DNA of 64,000 nt. Origin: Lingula anatina. Taxonomy: Eukaryota > Animalia > Brachiopoda. This document shows, in pieces, positions 22,954 to 34,266 of the stretch. Position 1 is the stretch's first letter, and each line of letters begins with the position of its first letter. The DNA lies in assembly GCA_051362555.1 (NCBI GenBank), contig CM120649.1:20102567-20166566 (forward strand), read 5' to 3'. A program made the translations under genes and the position numbers. Under the pieces are notes generated by a model. That model saw only the letters and a program-made list of their open reading frames with translations. It ran no database searches and was not told the DNA's origin.

Positions 22954-24424
22954 GTCAACATAATGTGAGGTACGCGTATAAACCGTGATTAACGACGTCA
23001 CATGTACACCAAAAAACAATGATGTCAAACGTACAGCAAAGTGACATCACATATGAACGAATAACAATGATGTTGTCAATGGACACGTTGCAGAGAATTT
23101 TTGTTGGACAAAAGATTCTGAAAGAACCTGTTTGTTTCTGTATTATTTCAACACATTGGTTTTATTCAAAGAAAGTGGTGTACATGTGGCTGTAAAGGTT
23201 ACATAACACTTTTTCAATAAAGATTTCTTCCTGACTTGAACCATTTTTGTTGTTTACGGTAGCAGTATTTAGGGCTCACCTAACATTATACTACTGCTTT
23301 GTAGGTGACAGACGTAAAACTGGATTTAACGTCAAATCTTGAAAGGAAGAATAGAATCAAAACAAAAGTTAATTTTTAAAATTATTATTCATTGTAGGGA
23401 TAAAATCTGAGGGGTATAAATAAAAAACACAAATGATAAATTAAAGTTTTTCACTAAAAGTACAGGCATAGTTTAAAGGCTAGACAGTACAGGTACTAGT
23501 ACATGGAATATGAGATACTAGTGGCATACCTAATTACTGGATCTATATATACCTGTTCATGTATTACAGAATGATGTAAAGTTTTTAAAAAAATTAGAAT
23601 CCTTCTATCTGCATTGAATAGATCTCCACGTAGTCTATAGAGACAAAAAAGACACTATCTTTTCTATTAGCATTGTGAATGTCACATAAAACCACTAAAA
23701 ATAAGTTTGATTTCATGTAAATAGGTAGGTATCTTCTTCCTGCATGCCACTGTTATTTTAACAAGTGAAAACGATATTAATACAAGTGACAGTGTTAACA
23801 TGCAAGTGTAAGATATATCTACAGGATACTGTCAGTACGAACTCTTCTCTCCATATATTATACTTGTAGTCATACTGGTCTCAACAGACAATGACAAAGT
23901 CAGCTGAGCTCTCAAAAAACAGAACAGACTAGTTTTTACCTGTGAATAAAACAAACCATTTAATATTGAAACTGCACAAGATATAATGCAGCAGTTGAGA
24001 ACTCAGAAGGGATTTTGAATAAATGACAGTATAAAATCCTGGATCCCTAAATGTACACATTAGTAAGAAGAGACAATCCAGCTGTCAGCCCTACTGTTAC
24101 TCTAATTTAGTAAGAACAGGACAGAACCAGTTTCTGTATAAAATACATGTACTAGTTATGTATTCAAGTCTACTGAAACATTGGGTACATTAACCATATA
24201 TTTCCCATTACTGTGAAGTAACTAATCTCAAAATTTAACCAAACAGAAGTTATTAACTTTGTGATTCTGCCACATAGGCAAAGAACACAATATCCATAAT
24301 CTAAGTACGTTTATATGTATATAATGCTCCATAGCGCGGCCCTCTGGGGTATTTGACAATTTTTGGGACTCAAGACACATGAAAAACATTGCAGCATTCA
24401 CATGAAAAAGGGGGGCGTCTTAAG

Positions 24425-24568
24425 AGTCTGAAGGTTCATTGGTCCAAAAAATCCTAGCATTTTTGTCAGTTTTTTAAGCAAGGGTTCGTTGGTCCAAAGG
24501 TTCTTTAGTGAAGTTTCAGACCAATGAACCTTCGGACTATTGAACCTTCAGACTATTGCTATGGCCCC
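24425..24568. mobile_element. Short inverted-repeat element (MITE-like)
   Basis: gaaggttcattggtc ... gaccaatgaaccttc inverted pair with internal sub-repeats. Confidence 0.45.
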
Positions 24569-24852
24569 TGAAAAACAATCTTCATCAATGGAGAGTTCTA
24601 CATTGTGAGCTGATTAAAAAGACTGTGATGTTACTGCTTCACAGAAGTATCTCCTCTACTGTCATCTGTAAACTTCAAGTGGGAGAGACACCTCACTTCT
24701 TCTGCAACAAAACAGTTCATGACTTTACTCACAGCTTCAATAATTAACAACTTAAGATGTGTGCCAATTAAAAACTATTGGCAACAGTACATAAAACACT
24801 AAGACTCTAAATTCATTGTTTTTGACCAGTTTATTAAAGATAGCTGGACTTT

Positions 24853-27800
24853 TTAGAACTGCAGAACGGGATTCTGAAAAATAATGTTCTATATTATTTT
24901 AATGTACTATAGTATGCTGTGAAGGGATTGGGAGTAAGGTTTGAATTAAATAATATCCCCTTCCATTAATATTTGCAGACAGGTTTACCTTTTTCTTTTT
25001 TCCTTTTCCCTTTTTCTTCTTCTTTTTAAGTCCTGTTGCCAGTTTACAGATTGCACTGAAGGTTTCGGAGGCCATTCTGGTTGTGGTCTTTAACTTAACA
25101 CCACCAAGTTTTCCTGGAGCTAGAACACCAAACAACAGCCAGGGAATTAGCACTGAGTGAATAGGCACGCACCACAATTCATTAAACAGAACACTCTTGG
25201 CTTAAGCCTATTAAACCTACTTCAACTTTTTGTTATAGCACAGTTAGAAATGGATAACTAGCAATTTGCCTTTACAACTGGCATTGTTTCAACCTAGTTT
25301 CAGTCATTTAATCTTTCTTAAACCACCTTTATGTAGCTTCATTGACATTAAATTTAGCTTTGAAGGGAAAGAAAAAAATCTTCAGATCCAGAAAATAGGC
25401 AATAATGACAGAACAAAAATCAAACACAATTCAATAAAAAATGGCAATGTAAACAGCAGAGCACCTGCAGACTGAAATGATGTAAAAACTGTTGTTCATA
25501 AAGCTTAACTTATAGGGGGTTGCCAGCAAGATGATGATGACCCTTTGGGTTTTAATTTGTGGAACTGTGTGAAATCAGTGCCCATTAATTAGTATTCTGT
25601 TATCTCACCTTCTTTCCTGTCTTTTAATGCTTCCAAGATTTCCTTTCCTCCCAGTTCTCCTATGTGATTGTCTTCAAGGTCAATTTCTTCAAGACACAGA
25701 GAGTTTGCAATAAGCCTGGAAGAATGTGTACAGTGCTGTACAGTGCTGTAGTAGTGCTCAATTCATTATCACACCCAACACAATGTTAGCAGCACAACTA
25801 CCACAATGAGAAACGACCAAATTCATCTCTAAATTATAAGAGTAATATGTTCATTCTTTCTAAATGCTTGAATTGCTTACTTCCTGAACAACCTCATACA
25901 TATGAGAGGTGCGAACTGGGAACCGGCGCCATAGGCATCTATTCCATTGTCCGCCAGGTGGAGCTTGTGTACCCAGGGACCCACGGCGGGAGGCGGAGGG
26001 GGCTCCTTCTTCTTCTTCTTTTTACCTTAACACAACAAGCATTAAACTGTCATCAACTTGGCATAAAAGATTGCATTAACTAGATTTCTGGACTTGTTTT
26101 TAATTTTCCTCCCTACAAACTCAAGTTCATTTAAAGCAACACATAAATATCAACATTACCAACCTAGAAACTGATTTACAGAAGTAACACCTCATAAGTT
26201 AAAAGATTTAACATTTTTCTATAAAAGCAGTTCAGTAACCTTTCTTTTTCTTCTTTCCTTTTCCTTTCCCTCCTGCAGAGCCAGGTTTCTCAGCGTCTTT
26301 TTTCTCCCCTCCTTCTCCACTGACTGCAGAGCCTATACGGTCAATGTGTCTGCCTTCCTTTTCTGGAAAAAGTAAGGTTCAAGTAATAATAATTCAAAGT
26401 TTTAACTGGTTATTGTTTTTTTTCTTCTTAAGTTACCTCAAGAGGGTGAATGCCACTTCGTTATGAACATTAATGCTAATTCTATTTATATGCAATTATT
26501 TTAATCCCATACATATAATCCACAATCTTCTCTTTTACCTCTTTCCCCATCCAGACTTATTCAACTTTCTATTCATTTTCACTTACATGTACCATGGAAC
26601 ACTAAATCTTTAAACACCTGTTCTCTCTCTCTCTCTCTCTCTCTCAGATTCAGTAAAAATGCTCCACGTACCCATGAGTGCAGCTTCTGCCTCTGCCTCC
26701 AGTCTAAGTCTCTCATTCTCTGCTCTCTCAAAAGCCTCCAACTCTGCATTGTCTGCACACAGTTTGATCAGCTCCATGGCTCCTTCACACTGGAGATCAT
26801 TGCCGTCCAGGTACAGCTCTCTAGAAGTCAGGCACAAAGTCTAACATTAAAGAACAAACAACTTCCCAACCAGGACTTCACACTATAATTCACTTGCACA
26901 TGTACATTGATTTAGCTCTCAAAAAGAGAGAGAGAGAGAGAGAGAATTTTGCCAAAGAGTACAGTGTCTTACATACCTGACAGCTGTGGTAGAGAGTATA
27001 AAGCCCAGTGTCTTACATACCTGACAGCTGTGGTAGAGAGTATAAAGCCCAGTGTCTTACATACCTGACAGCTGTGGTAGAGAGTATAAAGCCCAGTGTC
27101 TTACATACCTGACAGCTGTGGTAGAGAGTATAAAGCCCAGTGTCTTACATACCTGACAGCTGTGGTAGAGAGTATAAAGCCCAGTGTCTTACATACCTGA
27201 CAGCTGTGGTAGAGAGTATAAAGCCCAGTGTCTTACATACCTGACAGCTGTGGCAGAGAGTATAAAGCCCAGTGTCTTACATACCTGACAGCTGTGGTAG
27301 AGAGTATGAAGCCCAGTGTCTTACATACCTGACAGCTGTGGTAGAGAGTATGAAGCCCAGTGTCTTACATACCTAACAGCTGTTGTAGAGAGTATAAAGC
27401 CCAGTGTCTTCCCACTCTCTGGTCCCAGCTCACAGTAACACAGACTAATGGAGAGCATTGTGACGTTGTTCTCCAGACCCAGACACAAGTTTCTACAGCC
27501 CTCGTCACCAAACCTGACCAAGAAAACATACAGGACTGACAGACACAATACCAGGCAAATGTCTCCTTATAGACACTATTCACTTAGAGAATGATGCCCT
27601 TTTAGAAAGTTTGGTAATTTCATTTCTTAAATAAAAATTTCTTGGCAAAAATAATACTTATAATTATTATAATAATAATGCTCAATTGCAACAAAAATTA
27701 TGAACGGTTAAATAAATATGTGATATATGCTGTTGATAAAGGGATCAACAAATATTTGCATAATATTCCTATATATATATATTGTGACTTACTCATTGTA

Positions 27801-30471
27801 GTCCAGTACCAGTGTGGTGAGTGAAGGACAGAAGGTGAATGACCTGAAACAGGACAGTGACATGGTTACCATTGACAACAGAAGGTGAATGACCTGAAAC
27901 AAGACAGTGACACGGTCACCAATGACAACAGAACGTGAATGACCTGAAACAGGACAGTGACATGGTTACCATTGATAACAGAAGGTGAATGACCTGAAAC
28001 AGGACAGTGGCACGGTTACCATTGACAACAGAAGGGGAATAACCTTCATCTCTAATACATACTACTTACCTAGATAATCTCTCCACAGCATGAGTCTCTA
28101 CCAGGCAGTCCATCATCTCTAGTGTCCTCAGTGGATAAAAACCTTTCTCTAATACATACTACTTACCTAGATAATCTCTCCACAGCATGAGTCTCTACCA
28201 GGCAGTCCATCATCTCTAGTGTCCTCAGGGGATAAAAACCTTTCTCTAATACATACTACTTACCTAGATAATCTCTCCACAGCATGAGTCTCTACCAGGC
28301 AGTCCATCATCTCTAGTGTCCTCAGTGGATAAAAACCTTTCTCTAATACATACTACTTACCTAGATATTCTCTCCACAGCATGAGTATCTACCAGGCAGT
28401 CCATCATCTCTAGTGTCCTCAGTGGATAAAAACCTTTCTCTAATACATACTACTTACCTAGATAATCTCTCCACAGCATGAGTCTCTACCAGGCAGTCCA
28501 TCATCTCTAGTGTCCTCAGTGGATAAAATCCTTTCTCCAGTAGCAATGCCTGAAACAGAGGAAGTATCACTAAGCACTTTTGACAGAATGATGTCTCAAT
28601 CCACTGTTGTACATCAAATATGCAAACAGAAATAAATTAAATTTAATACTGAATTGAGCTTAAATCTTTTAAGCATGTAGATGGTGATTTCCCTCTCTCT
28701 CTTTCTTGGAATCTTAGGTGCCAAAAATTAAATAATAAAATTTATAAAGTTTAGAAGAGTTATACATAAATAAGTGATATGCTGTTGATAAATGGATCAA
28801 TTAGCAATATCCTCATATGTAGTACATATGTACAGACATACCAGAGTAGCAATATCCTCATATGTAGTACATATGTACAGACATACCAGAGTAGCAATAT
28901 CCTCATATGTAGTACATATGTACAGACATACCAGAGTAGCAATATCCTCATATGTAGTACATATGTACAGACATACCAGAGTAGCAATATCCTCATATGT
29001 AGTACATATGTACAGACATACCAGAGTAGCAATATCCTCATATGTAGTACATATGTACAGACATACCAGAGTAGCAATATCCTCATATGTAGTACATATG
29101 TACAGACATACCAGAGTAGCAATATCCTCATATGTAGTACATATGTACAGACATACCAGAGTAGCAATATCCTCATATGTAGTACATATGTAAAGACATA
29201 CCAGAGTAGCAATATCCTCATATGTAGTACATATGTACAGACATACCAGAGTAGCAATATCCTCATATGTAGTACATATGTCCCATACGTGTAAATCTTT
29301 GATGTGGACGTATCTTTCTTTACGGATTGCACTTATCATTGGTTCGACTAGGACTTTAGGATCATCTTTGCTCAAGGTGGGAATGGCCTCAAGAATAACC
29401 TGTAATATTAATAATTACAATACATGTGTGGCAAATAGCAGTGACATAGAGCATCTTTTATACTGTAAATCCTTACCACAATATCAATTAACCAAAATCA
29501 CTTTGCATTTTATAAATTGTGCATGCCATTTTGCCATCTTAATTAATCTTGTGAAAGATTGCAGGAAAATTGACCATCTCTCCTTTAATTATCTTCACTG
29601 TCTCTTCAATACATTATTATATTTAACACATTGACCTTTACTAAGACTGTGTTATTATCTTCACAGTTCCTTCAGTATATTATTGCATCTAATAGACTGA
29701 CCTTCACTAAGACTGTGTTATTCTCAATGCAGTTCTTCATCAGTTTCTTCAAGTTCAGATCCATGACAGAATTGGTTTCCTTGCAGTTGTTTTCATAGGT
29801 TTTATACAAACTTTTAACCATCTTATCTGGGATCTAAAACATACATGTATACGTACATTAAATCACTCTGCAAGTGGTATTCATACTAGTACTTTCTTTA
29901 TATTCCTATTCAGAAATCAGAGCTCATTATATGTATCTATAACTTGCATGCAAACATCAAAACAGATCAAAGATGAAAACATAAAAGAATGTCATGAAAG
30001 GTTGACAATATACACCTGCCCATCAAAATATTTATTGAAAATGCTAGTACTAGCTCATGTGCAACATTTATAAGACAGTTTTACAGCAATATTTTGATCA
30101 AGGTTGGACTGCAATACCCATGCAATGAAGTACTTGGATTATACATACTGGTAACTTTATTCCTCTTTTTTAAACATATTTTTTCAATAATGTTTGAAAA
30201 ACGTTATTGCCAATGATACCACATTGTTCTGAAACTGTTTCTAAACACAATATATGCTAATACCCATTCTAACTTATGATGATACTTATGAAGACTCATA
30301 TGTACAGTAACTTACCATGTACCAGTCGCTGTTTTTGTAAAAGTCAGTTCTATGAGAAATATTCAAATATCACTGCACTAGTGCAGCTACTATCAGATAT
30401 CCTACCTCTCCACTCTTCAAGGACTTCTTCTTCTTCCCCTTCTTCTTCCCCTTGCCTTTCTTCTTTGGCAT
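24853..30471 (-). CDS. Lys-rich, RNI-like leucine-rich-repeat protein (uncharacterised)
   Basis: Exons 30406-30471, 29702-29833, 29247-29399, 28458-28549, 27793-27843, 27373-27513, 26672-26820 and further exons at ~26240-26362, ~25881-26025, ~25609-25716 and ~24989-25119 join in frame. Product: MPKKKGKGKK...LRTLEMMDC...LTTLVLDYNEFGDEGCRNL...ELYLDGNDLQCEG...KLHLADNGI...EEIDLEDNHIGELGG...KKKKGKGKKKK. The last exon and stop position (24853) are uncertain. Confidence 0.8.
26962..27410 (-). repeat. 44-bp x10 array spanning an LRR-gene donor
   Basis: Unit AAGACACTGGGCTTTATACTCTCTACCACAGCTGTCAG|GTATGT; donors from 27372 down to 26976. Confidence 0.95.
27828..28045 (-). repeat. 50-bp x4 array spanning an LRR-gene acceptor
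   Basis: Unit tgtcaatggtaaccatgtcactgtcctgtttcAG|GTCATTCACCTTCTGT; acceptors at 27994, 27944, 27894 and 27844. Confidence 0.92.
28049..28537 (-). repeat. 97-bp x5 array spanning an LRR-gene donor
   Basis: About 79 exonic nt plus gtaagtagtatgtatta; donors at 28457, 28360, 28263, 28166 and 28069. Confidence 0.95.
28802..29281 (-). repeat. 45-bp x~10.7 in-frame array spanning an LRR-gene donor
   Basis: Unit ACATATGTACTACATATGAGGATATTGCTACTCTG|GTATGTCTGT; donors from 29246 down to 28841. Reads VCLYICTTYEDIATL in frame (ORF 28797..29375). Confidence 0.95.
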
Positions 30472-31039
30472 CTTGGCTTATTACTTTAACTTAGCTGCAA
30501 AACTATAAGGTGCTTTAAATGCTTTAACTGCATATTGTTTCAGTCAAGCTAGTATGTTGGTTATCACCTTTAAATTGATAGCAACTATTGACCTTTGTCT
30601 AAAGCACATACTTCAGCAAAATCTACAAATGTACACATCCAGTCTTACAGGCATTTTGAATGAAGTCAGCAGCTTAACTTAAGTTGTCTTAATATCTTAG
30701 CATAATTTTTCGTGATTACTTATGGTCGTATCTTTACTTTAGCTATCATACACCATACAATACCGTCCTGGAGTGCCCATGTACCAATACAGATGTGCCT
30801 GTACAATATACTAGTACATGCATGTGTACATGTACATGTACTGTAGAGTACATGTATTGTATGAGAGCGCCGCTAATCTCACAGAAATTCTTCCAACAGT
30901 TTGCTAAAAATTGCTTAAGCAACAGAATACATATTTGCCTGATGCAAATAAACCATTGTCAGCAAAATACAAAGTTTTCTTACCTTGATTTTCCCTGAAT
31001 GTCAGTCTAACACATGCTTTTTCCGAGCACCTGCTTCAG

Positions 31040-31310
31040 CCACCCACAGGTTGCCGGACCCAGGTTGCCAAGGCCGCCATTTTTGTATACAATACGCACC
31101 AAAAAGTTGCCAATGACTAGTTTTACATGTTTATGCAATATGGCAATGTGGTTTCAATGTTTCACAAAATAAAACATAAATAAGCTAAGAATGGGGAAAT
31201 TATAAGGTTTTTTATTCAAGATGGTTTATTTTTTGTATAATTTTGTGAAATTCTATGTTTTATGTCAACTCATCGTTGCGCGCGTTACTACTTATACACT
31301 AAGATGGCGA
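31040..31310. promoter_or_regulatory. Bidirectional promoter between the LRR gene and SELENOT
   Basis: YY1-type GCCGCCATTTT at ~31073 and AAGATGGCG at 31301. Three GTTGCC RFX-like half-sites at 31050, 31064 and 31106. A minus-strand 5'UTR donor lies near 30983. Confidence 0.5.
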
Positions 31311-33900
31311 CCAGGTGGCAGACCAGCGCTTGGCTGGTTTTCCTTTGTTTTCTAGCATGGCGGGATTATACCACAGAAATATCTGCTCACGAACAGTCAC
31401 ACAAATCTGCAAAAGATATCCGAGCGCCTAAGCTCTCAAAATTCACGGGTCCAGCGCTAAAATTTTTATACTGGTTCGTATCACTTTCTTTAGTTAGGTT
31501 TGTCCAAACGTATTAATAGTGTACATCATTGAAAATCGTTGATGATGTAATGTTATCATGTACCATATGGCTTATTTGCGAGATCTTAAGATACGATGGT
31601 AGACCTGCTTTTAAACTGTGGTTATTTTGTTTTAAATGTGAATATTTACATGGGTTTAAAATTTAAAGAATCAAAAGTAAAGAGTAGATCATAGATGATC
31701 TTAACGGGCCTCATTTACGATTACCGGAAATATCTTTTCATTTTATGATTCATCCTTTTGTATATACATTTATGTAATATATTCTGTGGGGAAAGGATCA
31801 TAAATGTCTTCAAGTATTAGATTACCGATGTCCAGGGTGGAAACTGTAATAAACCTAGATTTTAAGGCATGTTTATGTATTCACTGACTTGGACGGCAGA
31901 AATTTCCCCAGTTCTCTTTATGTTTCTAGTAAAAGCATTAAAAAAAAAAAAATTAAATTTGCTGCCAGGTCAAGTAATATGATTGGCAGAAACATTGATC
32001 AAAGTCACTACATAACTAAATTTAACAAAGCGTTGAGTATCGATCTATGATTGAACTTGTTCAGAGCACACTTGCCAGTGTCAGGGGAACTGTTCAGAAT
32101 GATTTAGTGAGCATTAACCCCATGTAGACTTTCACTGAGTGCATCTGTGTTAGCTATTATGACCGAACTTAATCTGAATGGCCTCAGAGTCAGTTTATCC
32201 AGCATTGTTCCACCACAAAGAGTAATTACAGTTCAGAGATATAATTACACTATAGGGATGCCAAGCATGCTTACCTTTGGGCTAATGTATGAAAGCGACA
32301 AAGCAAGTCACCTACACCTGAGGCAGGGAAAGGGGGTTGCTTGGAGGGGATCAGCTTAGTGTGCCCCAGTTATTTATATGTGATTATTTTCTGTTCCAGA
32401 TATTCCTGAGGGTATCAAAAGCTGTATGAGCAGTTTTCCTATGCCATACAGCAAAAGTACCCAGCCCTCAGTGTGCCTCAGTCATGTATATGTGATTGTT
32501 TTCTGTTCCAGCTATTCCTGAGGGTATCAAAAGCTGTATGAGCAGTTTTCCTATGCCATACAGCAAAAGTACCCAGCCCTCAGTGTGCAGGGAGGCAACT
32601 ACCCACCACCCCCACTGAAGGCCACCATAGCTCAAATATTAGGACTTGTCAAAATTGCTTTAATCATCATGATAGCTAGTGGATTTAATCCTTTCCCTGC
32701 TCTTGGAGTAGACACGCCATCAGCCTATACCTGGGCCTCAGAGAATAAGGTAGGAATACTTTTGCAGGCTTAGAAACTGGATTTTGGATTTAACAGTTTT
32801 TGGATTTTTTTCTGTACTCATGATATTAAAAAAACACTTTTCTATGAATTTACTAGTAGACAATATTTATTTATTTTTTTATAATCTGAAGAAAGTGTGA
32901 AAAAGCTGCAGTGCTTTAGTAGTGAACTGTGAAGGGTCTTGATGTATTTTATAAAGTGAAAATTCAAAATATTCTTAACAGTGAGCTGTTTATGTCACCA
33001 TGATAGCTGATTTGATAATTTCAGAGTTGTAGCTTGCACGTGTGTCTTATCTTCCAGGTCTATGCATGTTTGATGCTGTTTTTTATTTGCAATGCAGTTG
33101 AGGGACAGCTGATCTCTACAGGAGCATTTGAAGTCACATTTAACGGTACAGTTTTGTGTGAGTGTGTGTGTGTGTGTTTATTTTAAATGGAGTCGAGGGA
33201 AAGTTGATTTCTGCTGGGGCTTTGAAGTCACCTTTAACTGTTTTAAAAAATCAACATAAACCTAAATCAAACAACAGTGAAGAGCCTCAAGGACAAGAAA
33301 AATGTTTCATGAAGCACATTCTTGTAGAGCTGGGAAGGGGGGTTAAAGTCTGCAAATTGCCCTTCCAGTGTAATAAATGTTATGTAATGTAATAGTGGGT
33401 ATTTTACTTAGGCTCTGTTCTCACAACTTTTAGATCGATCTATCACCGCGGGGAGTCTCACTAGATTACTTTCAGATAATCCCCCTTAAGTGTCCGTCCC
33501 CGCCTACTACAAGCTTTAAGGGGTAATTAACTTTCGTGTCCGCCCGGCTGACAGCTATTTAGCGTGAACCCCCAGGGAGTTAGGTCGATCCAATGTAGGT
33601 CGATCTAATCTATGAGAATGGGGTGTTAGTCTGTTATCTGTCTACCGACTTGTGTCCATGTTATAATTAAAAACAGAATGGTGCAGTGATAAAAAACTCT
33701 AATGTTAATCCTGTTGTTTGAAATGTATGTTTATTTTAAAGATATTATGTCAATAAATTGGATGTTTTAAAGAGTAATATAAAATTTCAGATGTCCCAAT
33801 TTGGTCTAAATTAGAGACAGGTCGAATCCCATCTCCACAGGAGTTTTTCCAGATTATTGATAATAACATGCGTATGACTCAGGAAGGGGTGATGTCATAG
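31304..33900 (+). CDS. SELENOT: Selenoprotein T (thioredoxin-like CxxU; in-frame UGA = Sec at 32519-32521)
   Basis: Exons 31304-31473, 32512-32749, 33058-33145, 33791-33900. Product: ...GPALKFLYCYSUGYQKLYEQF...QKYPSLSVQGGNYPPPP...WASENKVYACLMLFFICNAVEGQLISTGAFEVTFNDVPIWSKLETGRIPSPQE...*. A SECIS lies downstream. Confidence 0.95.
32358..32588 (+). repeat. 112-bp duplication spanning the SELENOT exon-2 acceptor, including the UGA
   Basis: ttttctgttccAG at 32399 and 32511, both followed by (A/C)TATTCCTGAGGGTATCAAAAG... Confidence 0.92.
33411..33625. mobile_element. PIF/Harbinger-like MITE, copy A
   Basis: TTA on both flanks, inverted ends with tagatcga motifs, and a body closely similar to 54581-54786. 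Confidence 0.75.
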
Positions 33901-34181
33901 CAAGGTTCACTTTGACGGTAAGTGAATTGTGTTAGTTGTGACCAGTGTTTTGACCATTGTGTAATCTGTGAACATTGCATTAGTGGTGACCATTGTGTTA
34001 GTTGTGACCAGAATTGTGATCATTGTCAGTTGTAATCATTGTGTTAGTTGTAACTGTGAGTTGGTTCCAGTGTCAGTTGTTATGCATTCCCCATGCCTGC
34101 CTGTATTACCACACTGTGTGTATTCTGGTATTCTGAGTAGATATTATTATGTTTTCAGCTGATAGAAGCTGTCATTTCTGG

Positions 34182-34266
34182 GTGTTCCTGGCCCAGCTTA
34201 TGACTGTCTACACAGAAAGCAGAGTGACTGCCAGTGTGGACATGATGCTATTGGACCAGGAGCACC
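34182..34266 (+). promoter_or_regulatory. SECIS element (form 2) in the SELENOT 3'UTR
   Basis: ATGA at 34200 pairs with TGAT to form the quartet. Helix II tgtctacac/gtgtggaca, apical AAA, mini-stem gcag/ctgc, helix I gtgttcctgg/ccaggagcac. It lies in the exon after a 3'UTR intron (33918-34158). Confidence 0.9.

Noticed and set aside
32519-32521. In-frame TGA suggesting SELENOT is a pseudogene
   Set aside because: It occupies the U position of CxxU and a well-formed SECIS is present.
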